A stretch of 64,000 nucleotides of DNA from Actinomycetota bacterium (lineage in GTDB: Bacteria > Actinomycetota > Geothermincolia > Geothermincolales > RBG-13-55-18). The stretch covers positions 1,728 to 65,727 of the forward strand of contig JAFGDU010000098.1 of assembly GCA_016931915.1 (NCBI GenBank). Reading direction: 5' to 3'. The first letter of the stretch is position 1. Each line of letters begins with the position of its first letter. Under the pieces are notes generated by a model. It ran no database searches and was not told the DNA's origin. It was given only the letters and a program-made list of their open reading frames with translations. This document shows positions 26,435-35,898 of this stretch, piece after piece. A program made the position numbers and the translations under genes.

Positions 26435-27879
26435 ACCGGGAAGAGACCGAAGGTATGCAGGAGACAACGAACCGTAAACAAGAAGCCCTTGCCTACTTCC
26501 ACGCCAAAGGGCAGATGGAGCGGGCGCGGGAGGTGTTGAAGCTTTTCTCCGGTGCCAAGAAATCCGCCTCCATATATCCTCCGAACCACGAGATCTGCAT
26601 CAATTCCTTCACCGATTTCATGCGCTCCTTCAAACAATACCTGGCCTGGCAGGAGCAGTTCTCGCTGCGCATCGTGGGCGAGGAGTTCTTCTACGAGGAG
26701 AAGCTCATGCCCAGGGAGAGTGTCCTCTATTACCCCCTGATCAAGGAACTCAAGGACAAGGAGATAGGCGGCATCACCATCTTGGGCGGACTGACGCCGG
26801 GAGAATTTGTCGACTTCCTCTATCTCTTGAACCTCAGCGCGGAGGAGCTGCGGGCCAGGGGCGGCCTGCAGCGCCTCATGGAGCAGAGAGAGGTCGTCAA
26901 TATCACCCTGGACGAGCCGGGGACCTGGGAGGAAAGATCGCCCGAGATAAAGGAGAGGGGCTCGGCGCGCGAGGAGTATTTCGATGCCGTGGACGTTATC
27001 CGGGAGCTGGCCGACCAGGTGATGAGCGACCGCCGCCTCTCGGTGAGTAAGGCAAACCGCGTGGTGGGCGTAATGCTCAACCGCGTAGGCGAGAACCGCT
27101 CCGCAGTGCTGGGGCTGGCGACTATCAAGAACTATGACGAGTACACCTCCTTCCATTCCGTAAACGTCCTCATCCTCTCCCTCGCGCTGGGCTCCATGCT
27201 GCCCCTCGACCGCAGTTCCCTGATGATCCTGGGCACGGGGGCGCTACTGCACGACCTGGGAAAGATAACCATTCCGCAGAGTATCCTCAACAAGACCGGC
27301 CCCCTCACCACGCCCGAATGGCAGATGATGCAGGACCACCCGGTCAGGGGAGCCGACATCCTCATGGCACAGCCGGGCGTTCACCCCCTTTCGGTGATGG
27401 TGGCCTACGAGCATCACGCCCGCTACGACCTGACGGGCTATCCCAAGATCAAGTATAAGGACAGCCTCGGGCTCTTCTCCCGTATCGTGGAGGTCTGCGA
27501 CGTCTACGACGCCATGACTTCCGCGCGCCCTTACCAGAAGGCGCGCACTCCGGACCAGGCCATGCGCGTTCTGGTCAAGGACATGAACACCGTCTTCGAC
27601 CCCCTGATGGTGAAGGTCTTCGTGGACATGATGGGGGTCTTCCCAGTGGGCACCCTGGTGCGCCTGGCCACGGGCGAGGTGGCGGTCATTTACGAACCCG
27701 GGGAGAGCGACGCAATGTGGCCGCGGGTGAAGGTGATCCGCGACCCCGAGGGCGGTGAGATAGAGCCGCGCATCGTAGACCTCCTGTACATGAAGGAAAA
27801 GATCGGGGAGACGGGGCAGGCCATCCTGGAGTCCATCCACCCCGAGGATCTTGGCATCGATCCCCTGGAATACCTGTAA
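26431..27879 (+). CDS. HD-GYP domain phosphohydrolase (putative c-di-GMP phosphodiesterase)
   Basis: ATGA overlap with the upstream stop. HDLGK...HHARYDLTGYP signature. Confidence 0.85.
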   Translation: MNREETEGMQETTNRKQEALAYFHAKGQMERAREVLKLFSGAKKSASIYPPNHEICINSFTDFMRSFKQYLAWQEQFSLRIVGEEFFYEEKLMPRESVLYYPLIKELKDKEIGGITILGGLTPGEFVDFLYLLNLSAEELRARGGLQRLMEQREVVNITLDEPGTWEERSPEIKERGSAREEYFDAVDVIRELADQVMSDRRLSVSKANRVVGVMLNRVGENRSAVLGLATIKNYDEYTSFHSVNVLILSLALGSMLPLDRSSLMILGTGALLHDLGKITIPQSILNKTGPLTTPEWQMMQDHPVRGADILMAQPGVHPLSVMVAYEHHARYDLTGYPKIKYKDSLGLFSRIVEVCDVYDAMTSARPYQKARTPDQAMRVLVKDMNTVFDPLMVKVFVDMMGVFPVGTLVRLATGEVAVIYEPGESDAMWPRVKVIRDPEGGEIEPRIVDLLYMKEKIGETGQAILESIHPEDLGIDPLEYL

Positions 27880-27880
27880 G

Positions 27881-28741
27881 ATGTTACCTGAAGTGTTAAC
27901 GCAGGATATCGGCGAAGTGGAGCTGCAGTACCTGCATTACCCCGGTGACGGGCCTGCCTTGGTATTGCTCCACGCCACCGGTTTCCTGCCCTGGCTCTGG
28001 CACCCCATTGCCAGGGAACTGGTTGGGGATTTCCGCGTCATCGCCCCCTATTTCTGCGACCACAGGGTCTTCGATCCCGAGGAAGGGGGCTTGAGCTGGC
28101 TTCTCCTGGCCAGCGACCTCACGACCTTTATCAGGCGCCTGGAAATCGACGAGCCCTATATCGTGGGACATTCCATGGGAGCCACCGTCGCCGCGATCGC
28201 CGAAGCACACATGGGCCCGCTGGCATCCCGCATGATGCTCATCGAGCCCATCCTCCTGCCCTCGGGTTTCTACGAGGCCGAGATAACGGTCGAACAGCAT
28301 CCGCTGGCCTCGAAATCCATCCGGCGCCGCAATGCCTGGAGCGACGAGGAGGAAGCCAGGGAGTACCTGGGCGAAAAAGACCTCTTCGCGAACTGGGACC
28401 GGGAGATGCTCGACCTGTATCTCCAGCACGGTATGAGCGAGGCAGACGGCGGCGCACTCACCCTGGCCTGCAGTCCCCGGCGGGAAGCGGCGCTCTTCAT
28501 GGGGGGCATGGAGATAGACCCCTGGCCGCTTCTGGAGAAGGTCGCCTGCCCCGTTCTCCTCGTGGAGGGCGAGAAAAGCGAGAACAGGCTGGTGATAGAC
28601 CTGAGCCGTGCGGCATCCATCATACCCAATGCGGACCTGGAGGTGGTTACGGACGCCCGGCACCTCGTGCCCATGGAGAAGCCCCGCGAGGTGCTCGCCC
28701 TCATACGAGAGTTTGGGGTCAGCCGTTCAATCGACACGTAG
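27881..28741 (+). CDS. alpha/beta hydrolase; last 8 codons and stop lie inside MITE B1
   Basis: HATGF oxyanion region and GHSMGA nucleophile elbow. ATG 27881, 1 nt after the upstream stop. The C-terminus GVSRSIDT* is encoded by the element TIR. Confidence 0.8.
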   Translation: MLPEVLTQDIGEVELQYLHYPGDGPALVLLHATGFLPWLWHPIARELVGDFRVIAPYFCDHRVFDPEEGGLSWLLLASDLTTFIRRLEIDEPYIVGHSMGATVAAIAEAHMGPLASRMMLIEPILLPSGFYEAEITVEQHPLASKSIRRRNAWSDEEEAREYLGEKDLFANWDREMLDLYLQHGMSEADGGALTLACSPRREAALFMGGMEIDPWPLLEKVACPVLLVEGEKSENRLVIDLSRAASIIPNADLEVVTDARHLVPMEKPREVLALIREFGVSRSIDT

Positions 28742-28888
28742 GGTCACGTGTCCATATGCTTTCCAGCCGACAATCCGGCAGTTCCCCATAATAATCAGCG
28801 GCTAAAATGTGGTGCTCCTTCGTCAGAATATATACTGGTAATAGTCCGTGTACGCCTGACCCTACGTGTCGATTGAACGGCTGACCCC
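28715..28888 (+). mobile_element. family B MITE-like element, copy B1 (174 bp)
   Basis: Perfect 32-nt TIRs GGGGTCAGCCGTTCAATCGACACGTAGGGTCA / TGACCCTACGTGTCGATTGAACGGCTGACCCC. No ORF inside. Confidence 0.9.
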
Positions 28889-30115
28889 ATCTTGCCAGAG
28901 GATGCGTACGCGTGCGAAGAGGACGGTGGATACCACCACACAAGCCAGGGCCAGGACCCAGGCCCAGAAATAACTCTCCGACAGGTCGTAGATTAACCCG
29001 GTGATCACCGGGCCGGCCGCGCCCCCCAGCGCCCCACCCGTGGTGACCGCCCCGAAAATGGCCCCCATGTTGGCCTTGCCGAAGACCTCCGCGCACACCG
29101 CGGGTATAACCGGCCCGTATGCCGCATACCCGAAGCCGAATATGGCCGCGAAGACCATGAGGGACCACACCTCGCGCACGAAGATGAGGATGCCCACGCT
29201 TACCAGCAGCACGGCGCAAGCGGGATAGAGCGCGTTCTTCTTCTCCTGCGTGTGGTCCGAGAGCCTGCCGAAGAAGAACCTACCCGCGATGGAGGTGGCT
29301 CCGTATACCACTATCGACCACTCCGCCCAGGACTTGGAGATACCATGGTCCGTGGCGTACGGCACGAGGTGGACCATGACGCCGTACATGGCGATGACGA
29401 TGAGGACGAAGCCCATGAAGAGCAGCCAGAATGAAGATGTGCGCATGGCTTCCCGCAGGGTGAGACCACCCGGGAACGAGGCGGGGGTGGCGGGTTGTTC
29501 TCCCGCCGCTGATTCCCCCTCGTCGTCGGAAGGCTTCTCCTTCGGTCTCAGCAGGAAGAAAGCGGGTATGGTGAGGGCGATGGCCACGTAGCCCAGGAAC
29601 TGAAAGGATGCCCTCCAGTCCCACTGCGACTGCACCACCCCGGTGAGGCGGGGGAGGATCATGGTACCGAAGCCTATACCCATGGTGGCTATGCCCAGGG
29701 CCAGGCCCAGGCGGCGGCGGAACCACATGGTAACCGAGGTGTTGGAGGGCACGAGCCCGATGCCGTTTCCCCCGATACCGAAGACGATGCCGAAGAAGAA
29801 CACCAGGGCGAAGAGGCTCTGTGAGCGCGAGCACATCCACAGGCCCACCCCGGAGATGAGGGCCCCTCCCACCATAACCCAGCGCGGGCCGTAGCGGTCC
29901 ACCAGCCTGCCGGTGACCGGCGCCAGGAAGGCGTAGACCAGCACGCAGATGGTGAAGGGCAGGGACGCCGCACCGCGGCCGATATCCAGGTCCTCTGAGA
30001 ACCCCTTGATGAGCACGGTTTGGGTGGCGCGCACGCCGTAGTTCACGAACATGACCATGAAGGCCACGCCCACGACCACCCAGCCGTAATACAGCTTCTG
30101 CCGGGTCTCGCTCAA
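28862..30115 (-). CDS. MFS transporter (oxalate/formate antiporter-like); last 8 codons inside MITE B1
   Basis: 417 aa, about 12 hydrophobic helices, N-terminus YYGWVVVGVAFMVMFVNYG. C-terminus GVSRSIDT* is read from the other TIR. Confidence 0.75.
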   Translation of the reverse strand: MSETRQKLYYGWVVVGVAFMVMFVNYGVRATQTVLIKGFSEDLDIGRGAASLPFTICVLVYAFLAPVTGRLVDRYGPRWVMVGGALISGVGLWMCSRSQSLFALVFFFGIVFGIGGNGIGLVPSNTSVTMWFRRRLGLALGIATMGIGFGTMILPRLTGVVQSQWDWRASFQFLGYVAIALTIPAFFLLRPKEKPSDDEGESAAGEQPATPASFPGGLTLREAMRTSSFWLLFMGFVLIVIAMYGVMVHLVPYATDHGISKSWAEWSIVVYGATSIAGRFFFGRLSDHTQEKKNALYPACAVLLVSVGILIFVREVWSLMVFAAIFGFGYAAYGPVIPAVCAEVFGKANMGAIFGAVTTGGALGGAAGPVITGLIYDLSESYFWAWVLALACVVVSTVLFARVRILWQDGVSRSIDT

Positions 30116-30197
30116 GTCATCCCCTTTCAGGAGGGCCGCAACTAACGCGGCAGGCTCTCGCGTAAGCCCCAGTCCCCTACCGCGCCGGGCGCCGCCC

Positions 30198-31577
30198 TCA
30201 GCGCCCGGCGCGCAGGCTGTAATCGCGCAGGACGGCCGCGGCGTCCACCGCCTCCTCCGCGTCGTTGAAGATGGGGAAGTCCACCTGACGGCGCGTCCCT
30301 ATGCGCACCTCACCCGTACACATAAGGCTGAAGACGAGGGGTTTGTTGTGTCTCTTTATCGCCGCGCCCAGTTCGGGCAGGATGTTCTTCTGCAGGCTCT
30401 GGATGTTCCCCCTTATCTGGGCGCCGGAGGAGAGGCGGGCGATGAGGAGCATGATCACGCCGTCGATGGAATCCTGCTCCAGGAGGCGGTCGATGATATA
30501 TACGCGCGCGTCGGCGTCGTGCACGTCGCCCAGGTCCACGGGGTTGGAGATGTTTATGACCCCCGCCCGCAGGTGCGCCCTGATGTCCTCCACCAGGGAC
30601 GGGGGCAGGCTGGGGAACTCGAAACCGCGCCGGGCGCACTGGTCGGAGGCCAGCACCAGTATGCCTCCGGTGGGCGAGACCAGGGCGACGCGGTTGCCGC
30701 GCAGCGGCGGCAGGTTGAAGACCTTGGCGTACCCCGCCAGGTGTGCCAGGCGGTCCACGCGCAGGATACCCGCCTGCTCGAAGGCACCGCTCAGGACATC
30801 GTCGTCATTGGCGAGGGCGGCGGTGTGGGACTGGGCGCTCTCCCTGGTGAGCGGCTCGACGTTCGCCTTGTAGGCCAGGATGGGTTTATCCACGGCACGC
30901 GCGGTCTCCAGGAGCTCCCGGCCGCGGGCGACGTCCTCCAGGTACATGCAGATGACCTCGGTGCCGGGGTCCCTGCCCAGGTACTCCAGGAAGTCAATCT
31001 CGTCCAGGTCGGTCTTGTTGCCCACGCTGATGAACTTGGAGAATCCGGTGTTGTCGTCCTTGAGGCGCGCGAGGAAGTCAAGGCCTATACCGCCGCTCTG
31101 GGCTATGATGCTCGCCCCCCCGCGCGGGAGGTCCGGGGGTACGGGCACGAAGGGCAGACAGAGGCCGGTATGGGCGTTGATGACCGTGAGGCAGTTGGGA
31201 CCCACGAAGCGGATACCGTTGCGGCGGGCCGCCCCCACCAGCGCGTCGCGGGCGGCTGCGCCGCCTCCCTCGAACTCCTCGAATCCCCCGGCGGGGATGG
31301 CCAGGCGGGTGATGCCCTTGCGCCCGCACTCTTCTACCACGCCCGGTACCACGGGCGCGGGGACGAGGACCGAAGCGAGGTCCACGTCTCCGGGGATCTC
31401 GGATACCGAGGTGTAGATGGGATAACCCAGGGCCTCCCCGCCCTTGGGATTGACGCAGTATATATCACCCTCGTAACCCCAATCGATGAGGTTCTGGAGG
31501 ATGTTGAGACCCAGGTTGCCGGGGCGCTCGGAGACTCCGACTATTGCTACGCTGCGTGCTTCGAATATGCGTTCCAT
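30198..31577 (-). CDS. CoA-binding / ADP-forming acetyl-CoA synthetase alpha-like protein
   Basis: ARSVAIVGVSERPGNLG CoA-binding Rossmann, then a succinyl-CoA-ligase-like flavodoxin domain. ATG 31577 (MERIFEAR); the ORF is open to 31658. Confidence 0.7.
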   Translation of the reverse strand: MERIFEARSVAIVGVSERPGNLGLNILQNLIDWGYEGDIYCVNPKGGEALGYPIYTSVSEIPGDVDLASVLVPAPVVPGVVEECGRKGITRLAIPAGGFEEFEGGGAAARDALVGAARRNGIRFVGPNCLTVINAHTGLCLPFVPVPPDLPRGGASIIAQSGGIGLDFLARLKDDNTGFSKFISVGNKTDLDEIDFLEYLGRDPGTEVICMYLEDVARGRELLETARAVDKPILAYKANVEPLTRESAQSHTAALANDDDVLSGAFEQAGILRVDRLAHLAGYAKVFNLPPLRGNRVALVSPTGGILVLASDQCARRGFEFPSLPPSLVEDIRAHLRAGVINISNPVDLGDVHDADARVYIIDRLLEQDSIDGVIMLLIARLSSGAQIRGNIQSLQKNILPELGAAIKRHNKPLVFSLMCTGEVRIGTRRQVDFPIFNDAEEAVDAAAVLRDYSLRAGR

Positions 31578-31676
31578 GGCGGGATTAATTATAGCATCGC
31601 TGCAAGGCTTCCTGTGTCGAGGCGATACTCGCAATGTCTTGTTTTGGAGCCCGCACATGGGATATATAATGTCTTT

Positions 31677-31753
31677 GGGCCGTTAGCTCAGTTAGGTAGA
31701 GCACCGGACTTTTAATCCGGGTGTCCCGGGTTCGATTCCCGGACGGCTCACCA
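31677..31753 (+). tRNA. tRNA-Lys (TTT)
   Basis: GGGCCGTTAGCTCAGTTAGGTAGAGCACCGGACTTTTAATCCGGGTGTCCCGGGTTCGATTCCCGGACGGCTCACCA. Anticodon loop CUUUUAA. Confidence 0.9.
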
Positions 31754-31822
31754 TATGATAGAAGCAGGCCGGGAGGGGTATTTGCCCGGCCTGTTCGCTG
31801 AAGGGACACGCGGCTAAAAGGA

Positions 31823-32296
31823 GTGATGCAAGGCATGGAACAGGAAGCGATACAGGACGAATGGCCGGAAGCTTTCAGGACCTGCTGGGGCTGTGGGAGT
31901 AATAATGAGCATGGGCTGCGCATAAAGAGCTACTGGGATGGCGATGAGGCGGTATGCGAATGGCAGCCCGAGGACTACCATATCGCGTTTCCCGGCTACC
32001 TGAACGGCGGCATCATCGCGACTATCATCGACTGCCACAGCGTGAACACCGCCAACTCGGCCGCATACCGGGCGGAGGGAAGGGAGCCGGGAACGGAACC
32101 GTACCTCTTCTACGTCACCGGCTCCATGCACATCGATTACCTGCGGCCGACACCCCTGGGCAAGCCCGTGACCCTGCGGGCGAGGGTCATGGAGATGGGG
32201 GAACGCAAAGCGGTGGTCGCCTGCTCTCTCTTTTCCGACGGCCAGGAATGCGCGAGGGGCGAGACGGTCGCCGTGAGGCTCAACGCCTTCGGATAG
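31823..32296 (+). CDS. PaaI-family hotdog-fold thioesterase
   Basis: 157 aa. CWGCG..N..GL, GGIIATIIDCH and a C-terminal beta-sheet pattern typical of PaaI/YbgC-like proteins. Confidence 0.6.
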   Translation: MMQGMEQEAIQDEWPEAFRTCWGCGSNNEHGLRIKSYWDGDEAVCEWQPEDYHIAFPGYLNGGIIATIIDCHSVNTANSAAYRAEGREPGTEPYLFYVTGSMHIDYLRPTPLGKPVTLRARVMEMGERKAVVACSLFSDGQECARGETVAVRLNAFG

Positions 32297-32337
32297 GCAA
32301 AGGGTCGGGTCCAGGAGATGAACACGGAGGGGTTCCG

Positions 32338-33252
32338 GTGAGAAAAAGACCCAAAGATATCCTGTGGTATGTACTGGCCAGGATGTTCTCTCTCTGCCAG
32401 AAGATGGGTGTTAATATCACCCCGGTCCATTACGAATCGACTATTCCCGTGATCGGCGAACTACCCGAAAGCCTCTGGGATAGTAAATCGGAGATGGTCG
32501 GGGTCGATCTCAAAGAGGATAGACAGCTGGAGCTGCTGCGCGAATTTTCCAATAAGTTCAGGAACGAATATGAACGGTTCCCGGCGGAGGACTCCGGCCG
32601 TCCGGGAGAATATTATATGAACAACCGCTTTTTCGCTGGTTATGATGCAAAGACCCTGTACTGCTTCGTCCGGCATTTCAAACCAAAGAGGGTTATCGAA
32701 ATAGGGAGCGGGTACTCCACCCTGATCCTGGTGCAATCTCTGCTCAAGAACAGGGAAGAGAACCCGGATGATGACGGTGAACTGCTGATAATCGACCCAT
32801 ATCCTAGAGACTTCGTAAGAGAGTGCTCTACCGCTCTCAGGTCATCGTTGCGGGAAACGAGGGTCCAGGACATAAGCCTTTCCGAGTTCGATGCACTGGG
32901 AGCCGATGATATCCTCTTTATCGACTCCAGCCATGCCCTCTGCATCGGTAGCGACGTGCAGTACGAGATACTAGAGATATTTCCCAGGCTGAGACCTGGC
33001 GTCATAATCCAACTGCACGACATCTTTCTGCCCGGAGAGTATCCACGCAGTTGGGTAATGGACAGGGTGAGATTTCTGAACGAGCAGTATCTCCTCCAGG
33101 CCTTCCTCGCCTTCAACCGGCAGTTCGAGGTACTGCTTGCACCACGTTATATTTACTTTTCTCGTCCCGTGGACTTGTATCAAACCCTTGGAACAGAGCG
33201 CGAAAATTTCGCGCTACCTGTAAGCTTCTGGCTGCGCAGGATGCCTGACTGA
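32338..33252 (+). CDS. class I SAM-dependent methyltransferase (Methyltransf_24-like), lower-GC gene
   Basis: GTG 32338 after GGAGGGG (track ORF open from 31954). Motif I VIEIGSGYSTL, then DILFIDSSH. 50 G+C per 100 nt at 32401-32500. Confidence 0.6.
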   Translation: MRKRPKDILWYVLARMFSLCQKMGVNITPVHYESTIPVIGELPESLWDSKSEMVGVDLKEDRQLELLREFSNKFRNEYERFPAEDSGRPGEYYMNNRFFAGYDAKTLYCFVRHFKPKRVIEIGSGYSTLILVQSLLKNREENPDDDGELLIIDPYPRDFVRECSTALRSSLRETRVQDISLSEFDALGADDILFIDSSHALCIGSDVQYEILEIFPRLRPGVIIQLHDIFLPGEYPRSWVMDRVRFLNEQYLLQAFLAFNRQFEVLLAPRYIYFSRPVDLYQTLGTERENFALPVSFWLRRMPD

Positions 33253-33253
33253 T

Positions 33254-33324
33254 GGGGTCGAATCCCGGTAATCGAGTTTTCACCCATTATCTGGCAGATT
33301 TCTCGATTATCGAGACCCGACCCC
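33254..33324 (+). repeat. family A hairpin element, divergent copy A6
   Basis: GGGGTCGAATCCCGGTAATCGAG-ttttcacccattatctggcagatttc-TCGATTATCGAGACCCGACCCC. 71 bp, starting 2 nt after the methyltransferase stop. Confidence 0.7.
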
Positions 33325-33330
33325 ATTTAG

Positions 33331-33360
33331 TTGACAAAGAGGCACTATTGGATATTTAAT
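33331..33360 (+). promoter_or_regulatory. candidate promoter of the marR-like gene
   Basis: TTGACA (33331-33336), 18-nt spacer, TTTAAT (33355-33360). An ATTTA-atgtg-TAAAT palindrome overlaps the -10 region. Confidence 0.35.
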
Positions 33361-33414
33361 GTGTAAATAGTTTGTATATAAATAATATGGCTCCGAAATA
33401 ACAGGAGTACGGAC

Positions 33415-33909
33415 ATGGCGGGCGAGAGCGAAAAGCAGGCAAACGGTTTCGAGAAGATAGTGAATGCCGCCATGAGCATCGCGGAGACGTGGAACGAAAA
33501 GACCAACAACTGGCTGCGGGAGAAACACATCACCTTCGTGCAGTTCAAAGCGCTCCTGCTGCTGAGCGAGCAAGAGAAACAGACGCTGAGCCAGCTTAGC
33601 GACGGGCTGTCACGTACCCGCTGCACCATCACCGGGCTCGTGGACAGGCTCGAGGACAAAGGCCTGGTGAGAAGGAAACGCAGCCGCAAGGACAGGCGGC
33701 TGATATACGTATCCCTCACCGACAAGGGGAGGGAGCTGGCAGTGGAACTGAAGGAAAAGGTAGCCCCGGAGATATCGAAACTGGGAGAAATGATAATGGG
33801 CAAGCTCACGGACTCGGAGGCCGCGGCCTTGTATGGCGCTCTGAACAAGCTCAGCACCGGCATAGGTGAGGTCCAGATACGCAGCATAGCAATGGAGCAA
33901 GAGATCTGA
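33415..33909 (+). CDS. MarR family transcriptional regulator
   Basis: Winged-helix block FKALLLLSEQEKQTLSQLSDGLSRTRCTITGLVDRLEDKGLVRRKRSRKDRRLIYVSLTDKG. Confidence 0.85.
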   Translation: MAGESEKQANGFEKIVNAAMSIAETWNEKTNNWLREKHITFVQFKALLLLSEQEKQTLSQLSDGLSRTRCTITGLVDRLEDKGLVRRKRSRKDRRLIYVSLTDKGRELAVELKEKVAPEISKLGEMIMGKLTDSEAAALYGALNKLSTGIGEVQIRSIAMEQEI

Positions 33910-33912
33910 AGC

Positions 33913-35199
33913 ATGGGAATCGCAGACTTTAAACGCAGGACGAAAAACAGCAAGACGGAGGACAAGGGTTATACGCCGGACTCTAAAGCAGAAGTCCAAG
34001 GCAGCAGCGCCAGCGAACCGACGGCCGCGCCCCACATGTATCATCATGGGGATGTGGACGGGGATGCGAGGGAAAGCGTGGTGGTCCCGCAGCCGGACGG
34101 CAAATGTATAACCGAGATAGGCGCGCGGCTCCGCGATATCCCCTTCTCCCCGCAGCGGCCTTACCTGCTCAGCCTGGCCGACGCGTACCGGCCGGATCTT
34201 TCGAAGATAAACCTGGACAGGCGCGGCTCCAAGCCGGACGACGTCCATCCCTATCCCGAGGGATTCGAAAAGGTGGTCTTTCCCAGCCTGGACGGCACCC
34301 CCCTGGTGGGGGTCCTGGGGGTGCACCGGGACGGCAGAAAAAGGCCGGGGGTGGTTTTCGCCCACGGTCTCCTCGGCTCCAAGACCAAAAACTACATACT
34401 GGAGGCCGCCCTGGAGGCCTATTCTTCCTGGGATTACAACGTCTTCGCGCTGGACATGCGCAACTTCGGGGAGAGCCAGTGGCTCTCTAACTCTCCTACC
34501 ACTGGGGGCTGGAAGGAAGGCCAGGATATCCTCGGCGCCTGCCGCTTTCTGGGCGAAGTGGAGGAGGTGACCAGCGTAGCCGCCGTGGGGTTCAGCCTGG
34601 GCGCCGGCTCGGTGGTCAACGCCGCCTATCAATGCCGGCAACATCCGTACATCACCGGGGGAGCCATGGCCTGGAGCAGCTATGCCTCCATGGAAAAGAT
34701 GATGTCCCTCATGAGCAGCCGCCCCCCGCTGGGCGATCCATTCTTACCCATCTACATGGCTTTCTTATGTCTTACCGAGATACGCCGCCTGGAAATACGC
34801 CGTCAGATGAGCAAGGAAGCCGCCAGCGCCTACCTGGGCGACAAGCCATTCTCCCCGGATTACAGGCGGTACATACGGGAGATATCCGCCCCCCACTACG
34901 GCCTCGACGAGGAGACGATGTACGCCCTCTCCAGCCCGAAGGAATTCATATCCCAGGTGGACGTGCCGCTGATGCTGGTCCACGCCGAGGACGATCCCGT
35001 CTGCCGCGTCGAGGAGATGGAGGAGCTTCGCCGCTCCGCCGGAGGCAACCCCAACGTCGACATCTGGGTGCTGCCGACCGGCTATCACTGCGGTTTTAAG
35101 GGTTTCGACCAGGATTGGTACTGGTCCGTGATGCGCACCTTCCTCGACTACTGGGCGGACCGGACCGAGGAAGCCGATTCAGCCGCGATAGCATCCTAG
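33913..35199 (+). CDS. alpha/beta hydrolase
   Basis: 428 aa. FAHGLLG, nucleophile elbow GFSLGAG, late HAEDDP and GYHCGF. The stop TAG overlaps the first G of hairpin A3. Confidence 0.75.
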   Translation: MGIADFKRRTKNSKTEDKGYTPDSKAEVQGSSASEPTAAPHMYHHGDVDGDARESVVVPQPDGKCITEIGARLRDIPFSPQRPYLLSLADAYRPDLSKINLDRRGSKPDDVHPYPEGFEKVVFPSLDGTPLVGVLGVHRDGRKRPGVVFAHGLLGSKTKNYILEAALEAYSSWDYNVFALDMRNFGESQWLSNSPTTGGWKEGQDILGACRFLGEVEEVTSVAAVGFSLGAGSVVNAAYQCRQHPYITGGAMAWSSYASMEKMMSLMSSRPPLGDPFLPIYMAFLCLTEIRRLEIRRQMSKEAASAYLGDKPFSPDYRRYIREISAPHYGLDEETMYALSSPKEFISQVDVPLMLVHAEDDPVCRVEEMEELRRSAGGNPNVDIWVLPTGYHCGFKGFDQDWYWSVMRTFLDYWADRTEEADSAAIAS

Positions 35200-35269
35200 G
35201 GGTTACATCTTTATTTTTGAATTCGTAACCAGAAATTGGCAGGCTATTCAATAATAAATATGTGACCCT
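35199..35269 (+). repeat. family A hairpin element, copy A3 (degenerate arms)
   Basis: GGGGTTACATCTTTATTTTTGAAT-tcgtaaccagaaattggcaggct-ATTCAATAATAAATATGTGACCC. Confidence 0.85.
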
Positions 35270-35304
35270 CAAACCATTTCTCGATTTTAAGGACCTGACC
35301 CCTT

Positions 35305-35892
35305 ATGATGGACACGCGGGAGGTGATACAGGTGGTAATGGAGACCGCGAAGCCGGACATGTCCTGCTATCCCTTCAGGAGGAAGAAGCTCTACCTGGCC
35401 ATAGTCATACCTTATGTTACAGTTCTCGCCGCGGTCTTCTTCTATCTCCTGGCCAGGAAGAGCGCTCCAGGGGCAGGCAAGCGCTATTTCCCCGGCCTTA
35501 CATTCCTGTCCTTTTACCTGGGCATTTGCTATTTCCAGGCCTACTGCTGCGCCTGCCAGGAATGTCCCTACATAGGGGAGTTCTGCCCCGCCCTCGCGGG
35601 CATCTATCCGGCCAATACCCTGGCCAGAATGGAGTACGGAAAGAAAGGGGCAGTAAAACCAGAGGAAGCCTTCAAGGCCAACGCCACCGCGGCTGCCTTC
35701 TGCTGGGGCGGCATGGTGCTCTTTCCCCTCCCCTGGCTGGCACGGCGGAGCGCCAGGCTGGCCGCCGCATACGTGTTGTTGCACGCCGTCTATTACCTGG
35801 CACACGGGCTTATCCTCTGCCCGGTCTGCGCCATCCGTGATACCTGTCCCGGCGGCATGCTGCAATCGATGGTGCTGAAGCGGAAGGGGTAA
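35305..35892 (+). CDS. hypothetical cysteine-rich integral membrane protein
   Basis: 195 aa with about 4 hydrophobic helices. Cys motifs CYFQAYCCACQECPYIGEFCP and CPVCAIRDTCPGG. Confidence 0.55.
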   Translation: MMDTREVIQVVMETAKPDMSCYPFRRKKLYLAIVIPYVTVLAAVFFYLLARKSAPGAGKRYFPGLTFLSFYLGICYFQAYCCACQECPYIGEFCPALAGIYPANTLARMEYGKKGAVKPEEAFKANATAAAFCWGGMVLFPLPWLARRSARLAAAYVLLHAVYYLAHGLILCPVCAIRDTCPGGMLQSMVLKRKG

Positions 35893-35898
35893 GGGGCC

